Positions 18,630 through 26,811 of a stretch of DNA of 64,000 nucleotides are shown piece by piece. The position numbers were made by a program, and so were the translations under genes. The notes under the pieces were generated by a model. The model did not search any database. It was not told where the DNA came from and worked only from the letters and a program-made list of their open reading frames with translations. The stretch's first letter is position 1. Each line of letters starts with the position of its first letter. Source of the DNA: Spirochaetales bacterium (GTDB lineage: Bacteria > Spirochaetota > Spirochaetia > JABEVK01); contig JBAXAI010000001.1 in assembly GCA_037142615.1 (NCBI GenBank), positions 320,001 through 384,000 of the forward strand, in the 5' to 3' direction.

Positions 18630-19247
18630 TTACCAAAATGATATCTTCCATTCTTTTCCGTACAATTTCAACTGGTAAAGTAGAATTTTCTGGTTTTTTA
18701 TGAGTGTATACGCCTCTACACGCTCTTCGTCCACGAACCGAATCTCGTCGACCATGACCTTGGAGCGACTGGGCACCACGACCCATTCGAAGTAGTCCTT
18801 CAGGGTCTTGAGGCGGATGGAATACTGTTTGAGCACGGCACTGTCGTTGGAAACCGCCTTCAGAAACACCGCGTCACTGTATTTCTTGAGGTAGGTGGAA
18901 TCAAGGTGATTCTTCCATTCCTCGATATCCTTGCTGCTGATGGTGGCGTTGAGCCTATCGACAAGGTCGCGAATCTCCTTCAGGGAGGTGGTGTATTTCT
19001 CTTCTGAAACCTGAAACACATCGGAGGCGGGTGGGCTGGGCGGTATCACTTCAGGAATCGGCTCAGGGACTGCGGTTACTACCGGTTCAACTACGACTAC
19101 CGGTTCAACCGGTGGAGTCTCGACGACGGGGATCGCTTCCACCACAGGCTCAACTGAAGGAACAGGCGACGGAGCGACAGGAGTTGAAACACAGGATACC
19201 GCCAACAGTCCGGAGGCCAAAAGGCAACAAAAGACCTTGGTACGCAT
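18630..19247 (-). CDS. Putative lipoprotein
   Basis: LAVSC lipobox, Pro/Val/Glu-rich linker, YFEWVVVPSR motif. Confidence 0.8.
   Translation of the reverse strand: MRTKVFCCLLASGLLAVSCVSTPVAPSPVPSVEPVVEAIPVVETPPVEPVVVVEPVVTAVPEPIPEVIPPSPPASDVFQVSEEKYTTSLKEIRDLVDRLNATISSKDIEEWKNHLDSTYLKKYSDAVFLKAVSNDSAVLKQYSIRLKTLKDYFEWVVVPSRSKVMVDEIRFVDEERVEAYTLIKNQKILLYQLKLYGKEWKISFW
19078..19109. repeat. Short direct repeat (ACTACCGGTTCAAC x2, 18-bp period) encoding VEPVV units
   Basis: Seen directly at 19078-19091 and 19096-19109. Confidence 0.6.
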
Positions 19248-19282
19248 AGAGTCATACTAGGTTCTGGCGGCCTCTTTGTCAA
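19248..19282 (-). promoter_or_regulatory. Sigma70 promoter of the lipoprotein gene, likely leaderless
   Basis: TTGACA (19282-19277), 17 nt, TAGTAT, 6 nt, ATG 19247; no SD. Confidence 0.72.
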
Positions 19283-19290
19283 AATGTTTC

Positions 19291-19327
19291 TTGACCTTAT
19301 CCCGGTTCCAAGTTTAGGGTATGCGAC
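19291..19327 (+). promoter_or_regulatory. Sigma70 promoter of coaD, likely leaderless
   Basis: TTGACC (19291-19296), 18 nt, TAGGGT, 7 nt, ATG 19328. Confidence 0.55.
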
Positions 19328-19816
19328 ATGCAAGCTGTGTTCCCAGGCACTTTCGACCCACCAACGAACGGCCACCTCAATTTGATCGAACGCTCGAGTC
19401 GGCTCATGGAGCGGCTCCTTGTCGTGGTTTCCGACAATTCCCAAAAAAACTGCCTGTTTTCGCCAGAACAGCGTCGTCAGTTTCTCGTAGAAATGACCCG
19501 GCACCTGCCGAATGTCGAGGTCTACGTCTGGGACAAACTCATCGTGGACTTCGCGAGCCAGCACGGCATCCGCACCATACTTCGAGGGGTACGGGCCTTT
19601 ACCGACTTTGGCTACGAGTTTGAGCTCAGCATGGTCAACAAGGGCATCAACAGCCAGATCGAAACCTTCCTGATGCCAACCGATCCGCGTTACTTTGTCC
19701 TTCGTTCTTCAGCTATCAAGGAACTCGTGCGTTTGGATTGCGACGTATCAACCATGGTTCCCCCGGTGGTCGAGGCCGCTCTGAAAGAGAAGCACGCTCG
19801 TGGGGAGCTCGGCTGA
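19328..19816 (+). CDS. coaD: Phosphopantetheine adenylyltransferase
   Basis: FPGTFDPPTNGH, RG.R..DF.YE, SS..KE. Confidence 0.97.
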   Translation: MQAVFPGTFDPPTNGHLNLIERSSRLMERLLVVVSDNSQKNCLFSPEQRRQFLVEMTRHLPNVEVYVWDKLIVDFASQHGIRTILRGVRAFTDFGYEFELSMVNKGINSQIETFLMPTDPRYFVLRSSAIKELVRLDCDVSTMVPPVVEAALKEKHARGELG

Positions 19817-19832
19817 GAAGATCTCTTTCAAC

Positions 19833-19861
19833 TTGACACCCTATTGGAAATGGGATAAGTT
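19833..19861 (+). promoter_or_regulatory. Sigma70 promoter of rpmF-acpP-rnc
   Basis: TTGACA-17-TAAGTT. Confidence 0.6.
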
Positions 19862-19891
19862 GATCCACGAAATTTTTCTGAGGGAAGGCGA

Positions 19892-20080
19892 ATGGCAACA
19901 CCCAAGTTTAACACTTCCAAGCACCGAAGTCGCAAACGTCGATCGGCAAACATGAAGATCACGGTTCCGAACCTGGTTTCCTGCGGCAACTGTGGAAACA
20001 AAGTTCTTCTGCATCGAGTATGCCCCAAGTGCGGTTTCTACCGCGGGAAGCAAGTTTTTGAACCCGAAGCAATGGCCTGA
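19892..20080 (+). CDS. rpmF: 50S ribosomal protein L32 (Zn-ribbon form)
   Basis: MATPK..TSK.R..KRR, CGNCG...HRVCPKCGFYRG. Confidence 0.96.
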   Translation: MATPKFNTSKHRSRKRRSANMKITVPNLVSCGNCGNKVLLHRVCPKCGFYRGKQVFEPEAMA

Positions 20081-20095
20081 GCAAAGGAGTGACCA

Positions 20096-20332
20096 ATGGA
20101 CGAACTGTTTGAGAAACTGAAGAAGATCATTGTTGAGAAACTCGAAGTCGCCGAGAGCAAGGTAACCTTGGACAGCAAGATCCGCGAGGATCTCGGCGCT
20201 GACAGTCTGGATACCTATGAACTCCTCTACGCCATCGAAGAAGACATGGGAATTACTATTCCCGAGGACAAAGCTACCGAGTTTGAAAAGGTCGGTGATG
20301 TCCTGAACTATCTGCGCAGCCAACAGAAGTGA
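20096..20332 (+). CDS. acpP: Acyl carrier protein
   Basis: DLGADSLD motif, acidic 78 aa. Confidence 0.97.
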   Translation: MDELFEKLKKIIVEKLEVAESKVTLDSKIREDLGADSLDTYELLYAIEEDMGITIPEDKATEFEKVGDVLNYLRSQQK

Positions 20333-20338
20333 ACCTCG

Positions 20339-21115
20339 GTGGACGTGTTCGGTAAGCCGAAACCACCTCAAACTTCTGCACTGAACCCGGAAAGGAGACG
20401 GCAACTAGAGTTGTTTGTGTCGCTTTCCGGGGCCAGGTTCAAGAATCTGAGTATTCTGAACTTGGCACTCTCCCACCGTTCCTACGTCAATGAGGCCCAG
20501 GATTCCCGCGACAATAACGAGCGCTTGGAGTTTCTGGGCGATTCTGTCTTGGGGCTTGTCGTCAGTTCCTACTTGGTGCAACACCTTCCAGACCGTCCCG
20601 AAGGTGAATTGGCGAAGATCAAATCCTTTGTTGTCTCGGAAGGTATTCTTTCCGTCTTGGCCAAAGCTTGGGGACTAGACTCTCTTCTCTTGATTGGAAA
20701 GGGCGAGGAGAACTCCGGCGGGCGAAACAAAAAGGCACTTCTGGCTGATGCCCTCGAGGCGGTCTTCGGTGCTTACTATCTCGACGCTGGTTTTGAAGAA
20801 GCCGAGAAGTTGGTGTTGGGGCTCCTGAAACCGCAGATTGCCCTTGTCTTGGAAGACCGCCATCAGAAAGACTACAAAACTCTGTTGCAGGAATTGGTGC
20901 AGAAAGACTTTCGTACCTACCCCAAGTACACTTTGACCGACCGTGTCGGGCCGGATCATGACCGCACCTTCTATATGGATGTCAGCGTCGAGGGTCGGGT
21001 GCTTGGTAGCGGTTCCGGCAAAAACAAAAAAGAAGCCGAGCAAGTCGCGGCCGGGATTGCGTACGAAGCCATCACTGGGACTTCAGGAACGAAAGAAGGG
21101 CCAAGCGTTCGTTGA
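20339..21115 (+). CDS. rnc: Ribonuclease III
   Basis: NERLEFLGDSVL, ADALEA, dsRBD DYKT.LQE...GSGKNKKEAEQ. Confidence 0.97.
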   Translation: MDVFGKPKPPQTSALNPERRRQLELFVSLSGARFKNLSILNLALSHRSYVNEAQDSRDNNERLEFLGDSVLGLVVSSYLVQHLPDRPEGELAKIKSFVVSEGILSVLAKAWGLDSLLLIGKGEENSGGRNKKALLADALEAVFGAYYLDAGFEEAEKLVLGLLKPQIALVLEDRHQKDYKTLLQELVQKDFRTYPKYTLTDRVGPDHDRTFYMDVSVEGRVLGSGSGKNKKEAEQVAAGIAYEAITGTSGTKEGPSVR

Positions 21116-22292
21116 GCTCTGGTCGTTCCCAGACAAGCTTCAGCAGTCTCTGGAGTGTCGTGCCCACCTCGGGACCGGGGTTCAGTCCCGCTTGAATAAG
21201 GTCGTTGCCATTGACGGCCAATTCGGCGAGAAAAACAGGGGTTCCCGGCCGTTTCAAAGCCCGCAGCTCCTCAACGGTGTCCTGCGAAGGCAAAATGGCT
21301 CCAGACCGACTTAGGCACTCCAACACCGCCGCATGGTGTTCAATGACTTCTCTGGAGTTCCAATGCGACAGGATGGTACGGGAGCGTTCCAAGAGGGTTG
21401 AGCGGGACTCCAAAATGCGGATGGCCAGCAGCGGAGCCATCACCGAAGTGACCTCCAGGCTTGAGAGCTTGAGGTTTCTCAGCGTTGGCTCCCAGGAGCT
21501 CCTTTCCATCGCTGAACCAGCGGCAAGCCAGACAGACAAGCGCTGCAGGGGGTCGAGGAGCGCCCAGCACTCGTACACCTCGGTAGCCAGCGGAATACAT
21601 GCAAGTCCAGGGAACAGGAGGCGCAGCACACCTTGTTGCTCCAATGTGGGCCAAATGCGTGACACCGCCGTTGAGCCAAGGATCTTGAGCAGTTCGTCCC
21701 GGATCCGCTCACGCGAGACACTGCTCAGGTTGGGACTGAGTTCTACGGCTGCATCGAAGGTGCGTGGATCCCAGCCGAAATCGAATTGAGCCGCAAAACG
21801 AAAGAAACGGAGAATTCGAAGTGCGTCTTCCGTGAAGCGGTGAACGGGGTTGCCTATCGCTCGCAGGATCCTTTCCGACAAGTCGCTTTGTCCCCCATGA
21901 ATATCGAGCAACTCTCCGTTACTAAGGTCGACTGCCATTGCATTGATGGTAAAGTCCCTTCGACTGAGGTCCTCTTCCAGGTTGGAAGTGTAGGTGACGC
22001 TATCGGGTCGGCGAGCGTCAGAGTAGGTTCCGTCAATGCGAAAGGTCGTTACCTCGAAGGCCTGTTTCCGGTAGAGTACGGTCACAGTCCCATGGCGGAT
22101 TCCGGTCGGAATCACTCGGGGGAAGTAGGACATCACTTCGCCCGGGGTTGCATCGGTGGCAAAGTCCAGGTCGCTCGCACCGAGCCCCATCAGAAGATTT
22201 CTGACAGCACCCCCGACGAGATAAACCGAACGGCCGTGTTGCACAAAGACCTCAGAAAAGGGATGCAGCTTACTTAGCAGTTCGTCAAACAT
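21072..22292 (-). CDS. cca: CCA tRNA nucleotidyltransferase / poly(A) polymerase family
   Basis: VGGAVR...DLDFAT, EVTTFR, EDLSRRDFTINA, EDALRILR. Confidence 0.88.
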   Translation of the reverse strand: MFDELLSKLHPFSEVFVQHGRSVYLVGGAVRNLLMGLGASDLDFATDATPGEVMSYFPRVIPTGIRHGTVTVLYRKQAFEVTTFRIDGTYSDARRPDSVTYTSNLEEDLSRRDFTINAMAVDLSNGELLDIHGGQSDLSERILRAIGNPVHRFTEDALRILRFFRFAAQFDFGWDPRTFDAAVELSPNLSSVSRERIRDELLKILGSTAVSRIWPTLEQQGVLRLLFPGLACIPLATEVYECWALLDPLQRLSVWLAAGSAMERSSWEPTLRNLKLSSLEVTSVMAPLLAIRILESRSTLLERSRTILSHWNSREVIEHHAAVLECLSRSGAILPSQDTVEELRALKRPGTPVFLAELAVNGNDLIQAGLNPGPEVGTTLQRLLKLVWERPELNERLALLSFLKSQ

Positions 22293-22343
22293 GCAACTAC
22301 GTTAGGGTTGTACAAAACGAAAAGTCAAGTTTATCTTGGAGCC
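22293..22343. promoter_or_regulatory. Overlapping divergent promoters for cca (-) and thiN (+), both likely leaderless
   Basis: Minus: TTGACT-18-TAACGT-6-ATG. Plus: TTGTAC-18-TATCTT-6-ATG. Confidence 0.6.
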
Positions 22344-22979
22344 ATGATCACTGCCATCCTTTCTTCCGGAGAACTGCTCAGTGGGGACCGGTTCAGAGGC
22401 CTTTTGCGGCAGTGTACGACGATCATCGCCGCCGACCGAGGTTTGTTGATGTTGCAGGGTACCGGCTTTGTTGCCGATGTGGCCGTGGGAGACCTCGATT
22501 CACTGCAGGAAAGTGGGTTGCCTTGGCGAGACTTGACCAAAGAAGTCCAAGCCTATTCATCTCACAAAGACCTCACAGACACGGAATTGGCTGTCGAATT
22601 GGCTTTGGGTTCCGGTGCAGGATGTCTTTGGTTGTTCGGTGGAGGAGGGGGCCGGATGGACCACTGGCTCTCCAACTTGCGACTTTTCGAGAGCTCTCCA
22701 GCCATTGGGCGATGGTACACGCCCTTTGACATCGGATTCAGGTTGGGTGAAGGCTTGTCTTTGAGGCTTTCCGATGGCCGGGTCTCGGTATTTCCGGTCG
22801 GGCTCGGCCCCTGGCAGGCCTCCAGCCAGGGGCTCAGATGGCCGCTGGACCAGGTCGATTTTTCACGTTGGCACAGTTTGAGCAATGTCGCTCAGACGGG
22901 GGCAACAATCGAGTCTCAGCAAGGCGAGTTCCTGGTTCTTCAGGATTGGACCGGCGAATTGTTGGAGTCCCAAGCGTGA
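22344..22979 (+). CDS. thiN: Thiamine pyrophosphokinase
   Basis: IAADRG, VGDLDS, KDLTDTELA, GGRMDH..SN, GLRWPL, SLSN. Confidence 0.92.
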   Translation: MITAILSSGELLSGDRFRGLLRQCTTIIAADRGLLMLQGTGFVADVAVGDLDSLQESGLPWRDLTKEVQAYSSHKDLTDTELAVELALGSGAGCLWLFGGGGGRMDHWLSNLRLFESSPAIGRWYTPFDIGFRLGEGLSLRLSDGRVSVFPVGLGPWQASSQGLRWPLDQVDFSRWHSLSNVAQTGATIESQQGEFLVLQDWTGELLESQA

Positions 22980-24724
22980 GCTCCACTTTTGAGGACCTTT
23001 CGGACTCCATTTCCCTTGACGAAAAGAAGGCACTGCTGGGGAAAATTCAGGCGAGTCTGAACCTGTCGGTAAAAGACACCGATAGCATCATCAGCAAGGT
23101 CGATGGCCCCGAGGAATTGCGCCACCGACTGACAAAAGAGGCCGAAAACCTGGGACTCCTTGAGCGTTTGGTCCTGCGGATCACGGGTTTCTTTCGCAGT
23201 CAGGCGGTTTACGAAGTCATGGCAGAGCGTAAACTGGCGCAGACGCGTGAGACACTGAAGACGAGGATGGGTTCCTTTGTTCATTGGGGACGAGAGGAAC
23301 TGACCCCCGAGTTTGCAAAACGAGTTTACGATTTGTACTTTGACGCCGCCGCGCTGAGACCGGTGTTCGATCAACTGTTTCAGCAACGTCTGACGCTGGA
23401 GGCCGGGGTCCTGCACCTATTGGCCGAAGAACATCCCGATGCTGCACATCAGCTCACTGATCTGTTTCCGGCGGATGAGATGGCTCGTCTTTACCGCTCG
23501 GAGCAGAAGCGGGGCGTGCTCCAGCAGCAACTCAGGAAGAAGCTTGAGGTCTACCTCATGGAGTTTCCGTCAGGAGTTCTTGAGCGCGTGAAAGGACGGC
23601 TCAAACCCGTCTACTACTTCAAACACGTTGTCAATTACCCCTTTACCTTTCTCTTGGACCTGTTTGGGCACAATCCCGACAAGTCGGACCCCGTCAAGTA
23701 TCCATACTTTGTCGGTTCGTCCTGGAAGAAGGCAGCCGGCTACCTTGAGCGCCTTTACTATGGAATCTACCTTTGCACCAAGGTGGACTGGCAGGAAGGG
23801 TCGCTCAATGTCCTTGTTCAGGGAGTCGTTGACCGCATGGGTGACTCAAAAGGTGCTCTGACCGTGGAGCAGGTCAATAAACACCTAAGTTCCCTTCACA
23901 CAACGGCTTTGGAACTTTCCACGAGGATTCCCTGGAAGGAATTGCTGCAATGGAGCTTCGGCGACCCTTATTACTCGGTGAAGTTCTACCTTCCCAAGTT
24001 CTCGCTCAAGGAGTTCTACCAAAACACGCTCGAAATGCGTTTTCTGGAGCAACTTGATGACCTGCTGCCCCAGGTAAGGCAAGAGATTCTGACTTCGGAG
24101 CGCGCAACACTGTTTCAAAACGGCAACTACCAACCACTTGAGTACTATGTGCCCGGAGTGGGAACAGCCCTCGGTGGTCAACACCAACTCAAGGGCTTCC
24201 GCTATCCGGAAGCCCTCGGAATGCTTTGGGGCTTCCTAAACCAGCATTTCCTGCGCAAACATGTGCCCTTCCTTCAAAGCATGGGACGGATGTTGTATCA
24301 GGCCAACAAGAATCTTCTGCAACCCATGACCAACCTCGCCGACGACATGGTCAATCTGCGCGAGAAGGTTGCACGCTTTGACAAATCCCTCCATCCGGAT
24401 ATGGAGGAGGGTAAGGAGTTCCAGAAACTCAAGTACGAATTGGCGACAAAACCCACCAGCTATAAGCCGTTCATTCAGCTCGTCCAGAACAAAGACGATC
24501 AGGCCCGCGAGCTTGTTGAACGGGGAATCGAGAACCTGCAGGCGATGGCAACGTTCCTGTTCAACCTGCGAGAAAAAAACATACCGGTTGTGATGAATGT
24601 CCTTGCTATGCCTTACCTACTCGAGGGGCAGCAAGAAGATATTGCTCATGGGCTCGAAAGGATGCTGGTCGTGCTCCAAAAGACAGTCTTCATACTCAAG
24701 GAAGCAATCACCCTTGAAAGTTGA
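22976..24724 (+). CDS. Large helical hypothetical protein (possibly DUF5312-like)
   Basis: GTGA overlap with the thiN stop; long ORF with no catalytic motif recognised. Family name is from memory. Confidence 0.7.
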   Translation: MSSTFEDLSDSISLDEKKALLGKIQASLNLSVKDTDSIISKVDGPEELRHRLTKEAENLGLLERLVLRITGFFRSQAVYEVMAERKLAQTRETLKTRMGSFVHWGREELTPEFAKRVYDLYFDAAALRPVFDQLFQQRLTLEAGVLHLLAEEHPDAAHQLTDLFPADEMARLYRSEQKRGVLQQQLRKKLEVYLMEFPSGVLERVKGRLKPVYYFKHVVNYPFTFLLDLFGHNPDKSDPVKYPYFVGSSWKKAAGYLERLYYGIYLCTKVDWQEGSLNVLVQGVVDRMGDSKGALTVEQVNKHLSSLHTTALELSTRIPWKELLQWSFGDPYYSVKFYLPKFSLKEFYQNTLEMRFLEQLDDLLPQVRQEILTSERATLFQNGNYQPLEYYVPGVGTALGGQHQLKGFRYPEALGMLWGFLNQHFLRKHVPFLQSMGRMLYQANKNLLQPMTNLADDMVNLREKVARFDKSLHPDMEEGKEFQKLKYELATKPTSYKPFIQLVQNKDDQARELVERGIENLQAMATFLFNLREKNIPVVMNVLAMPYLLEGQQEDIAHGLERMLVVLQKTVFILKEAITLES

Positions 24725-25034
24725 TCTGGAGTTCGTCTTCTTCCGCCTTCTGGTGTTCTTCTTCCTCATGACAATCATCCTGCTGACGATGTATCTGCTG
24801 GGTACCTACCAGAGCTTCATGGATAACACTTTGGTCACGCTTTTCTCGGCCTTCCGCTTCTTCGCCTGGCTCGGTCTGCTCATGTCCATTTTCTCGCAGG
24901 TGTTATTGTTGTCAAAGAAAGCGGTGACTGTACTTCGCCGGGTGTCAAATCTGTTGATTCTGGGCTTTTTTGGTTGCCTGTACTTCTTGGTTGAGTTCCT
25001 CAAGGCGTGGATCTACCCCGGAACACTTCCTTGA
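24714..25034 (+). CDS. Small three-TM membrane protein
   Basis: TTG start (MKVDLEFVFFRLL...); hydrophobic; GTYQSF.D loop; overlaps both neighbours. Confidence 0.7.
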   Translation: MKVDLEFVFFRLLVFFFLMTIILLTMYLLGTYQSFMDNTLVTLFSAFRFFAWLGLLMSIFSQVLLLSKKAVTVLRRVSNLLILGFFGCLYFLVEFLKAWIYPGTLP

Positions 25035-26584
25035 GGCGTATCTGGTTGCTTTCCCGGGAAATGGAGGGCTGGGCCGAAGCTGGGGGGATCAAGGACGTTG
25101 TTCGAGATCAGGCCGTGGCCTTTGCCCGGTTGGGCTGGGAAACAAATGTTGTCCTTCCGCTCTACGGGTTTCTGCGACCGAAGGTCTTCGCTCAGGCGGC
25201 ACTCCTCTGGCGAGGTTCGAGCCAGCACCCAGCCTTCGATGAGAACCCGATCGAGGTGTGGACCCTACACCAGGCCGAGATGACACTTCACTTTGTTCGC
25301 ATTCCCTCGTTTGAGGATAAGGACGGAATCTACACCTATTCCAGCGAGGACGCGGATCCTCAAGCCGGGAAGGTCAAAGGAACCGGGTACCTTGATACCT
25401 TCAAGATGAATCTTGAGTACCAGTGGGCCATCACCGACTATTGGTTTGCCAACCAAATAGAGCCCCAGTTCGTCTTGGGGCACGATGGTCACGCGGCGTT
25501 CTTGCCTGCGATTGCGCGGACCCACCCGGCGTATCGGGGCCACTTTCTCAGCACGAAGTTCTCCGTGCTGATTCACAACGCAGGTCTAGGGTACCGCCAG
25601 GAGATGCCCGACTCGCCGTTTCACCGCGAACTGCTCCATTTGCCACTTCCCGTCCAAAAGCAGTGCCTGCTGGAATCTTGGCTCGATCCTATGGTTTCGG
25701 CCAGTCACCATGCGAGCCTTGCAACGGTGAGCGTGAACTATGCGCTCGAGCTCACCTCAGGCAAGAATGACCATTGGTCAGGTACCTTCGGCCGCTTTCT
25801 GCGCGAGAACAGAGTTCCCCTGAAAGGGATCAACAACGGCATCGGGATGGATGACAAGGATCCTCGGAAGCAGTTGCAGCCGGGCTTCCCCCCATTTGAC
25901 CCCTCAACTGGCGACTGGAAGGGAAAAACCCTTTGTCGCAGCCTCCTGCGGGAGCGAATTCTTTTGACTCCGTCTCTCATCCATGGTCGGATTTCCAACT
26001 GGAACAAGACGTTGTACATGAACCAAGGCCGATTGACGGGACAAAAGGGGATTGCCGCGCTCTGTGATCTCATCGAGAAGGCCCTCACTGAACAACCAGA
26101 CGCTATCTTCATCGTAATGGCTCAGGGAGAACGTAAGTTCGAAGAACGACTCCTGTGGCTGGCCCGCAATCACATAGAAAAGGGCCGTATGCTGTTCATC
26201 AACAAGTACGAGGACGGCATGGCAAGGCTGCTGTTTGCCGCTGCCGATTTTCTCGTGATTCCTTCTGAGTACGAACCCTGCGGACTGACAGATCTCAAGG
26301 CCCAATTGATGGGAACGCTTCCTATTGTTCATCGCGTGGGGGGATTGGTTAAGGTCCTTGATGGGGTCACAGGGTTCTCGTATTCACGCCACACCAGACC
26401 CGGGTTGTGGGGGGTTTTTCTCAAGACTTTGGAGTTGCAGAGGTCCAACCGGACCCAACTTGACCACATGCGCCGCACCGCCTTCGCCTCGGTACTTGAG
26501 AACTCGCAGTGGACCAGGATTCTCGAAGAGCACTACATTCCATGGTTGACACAAAGCCCAGCCTTTCCTATCGTAGCTCAGTGA
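25031..26584 (+). CDS. glgA: Glycogen/starch synthase-like GT5 glycosyltransferase
   Basis: VLPLYG, HDGH, IHN..GY, TVS.NYA.E, GINNG, GRL..QKG, PSEYEPCGL. Start is TTG 25031 (TTGA overlap) or GTG 25007. Confidence 0.85.
   Translation: MRRIWLLSREMEGWAEAGGIKDVVRDQAVAFARLGWETNVVLPLYGFLRPKVFAQAALLWRGSSQHPAFDENPIEVWTLHQAEMTLHFVRIPSFEDKDGIYTYSSEDADPQAGKVKGTGYLDTFKMNLEYQWAITDYWFANQIEPQFVLGHDGHAAFLPAIARTHPAYRGHFLSTKFSVLIHNAGLGYRQEMPDSPFHRELLHLPLPVQKQCLLESWLDPMVSASHHASLATVSVNYALELTSGKNDHWSGTFGRFLRENRVPLKGINNGIGMDDKDPRKQLQPGFPPFDPSTGDWKGKTLCRSLLRERILLTPSLIHGRISNWNKTLYMNQGRLTGQKGIAALCDLIEKALTEQPDAIFIVMAQGERKFEERLLWLARNHIEKGRMLFINKYEDGMARLLFAAADFLVIPSEYEPCGLTDLKAQLMGTLPIVHRVGGLVKVLDGVTGFSYSRHTRPGLWGVFLKTLELQRSNRTQLDHMRRTAFASVLENSQWTRILEEHYIPWLTQSPAFPIVAQ
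26546..26574 (+). promoter_or_regulatory. Sigma70 promoter for tRNA-Thr, inside the glgA 3' end
   Basis: TTGACA-17-TATCGT, ending 11 nt before the tRNA. Confidence 0.65.
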
Positions 26585-26585
26585 T

Positions 26586-26657
26586 GCCAACTTAGCTCAG
26601 GGGTAGAGCACGTGATTTGTAATCTCGTGGTCGTCGGTTCAATTCCGACAGTTGGCT
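26586..26657 (+). tRNA. tRNA-Thr (UGU), CCA not encoded
   Basis: GCCAACT/AGTTGGC acceptor, GCTC/GAGC D-stem, TTTGTAA anticodon loop, GTCGG-TTCAATT-CCGAC T-arm. Confidence 0.95.
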
Positions 26658-26685
26658 TGACAAAGCTTTGCTGTTCGTTTAATTT
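26657..26685 (+). promoter_or_regulatory. Sigma70 promoter for tRNA-Tyr
   Basis: TTGACA-17-TAATTT between the two tRNAs. Confidence 0.6.
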
Positions 26686-26697
26686 TTGTCCGTCTTC

Positions 26698-26779
26698 GGG
26701 GAGATTCCAGAGTGGCCAAATGGGGCAGACTGTAAATCTGTTGCGAATCGCTTCGTAGGTTCGAATCCTACTCTCCCCA
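26698..26779 (+). tRNA. tRNA-Tyr (GUA), CCA not encoded
   Basis: GGGGAGA/TCTCCCC acceptor, GCAGA-CTGTAAA-TCTGT anticodon arm, long variable arm, GTAGG-TTCGAAT-CCTAC. Confidence 0.97.
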
Positions 26780-26781
26780 AC

Positions 26782-26810
26782 AAGCCTTCTTTGCGGAAGG
26801 CTTTTTTTTT
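26782..26810 (+). terminator. Intrinsic terminator after tRNA-Tyr
   Basis: AAGCCTTC-TTTGCG-GAAGGCTT followed by a T-run. Confidence 0.85.
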
Positions 26811-26811
26811 G

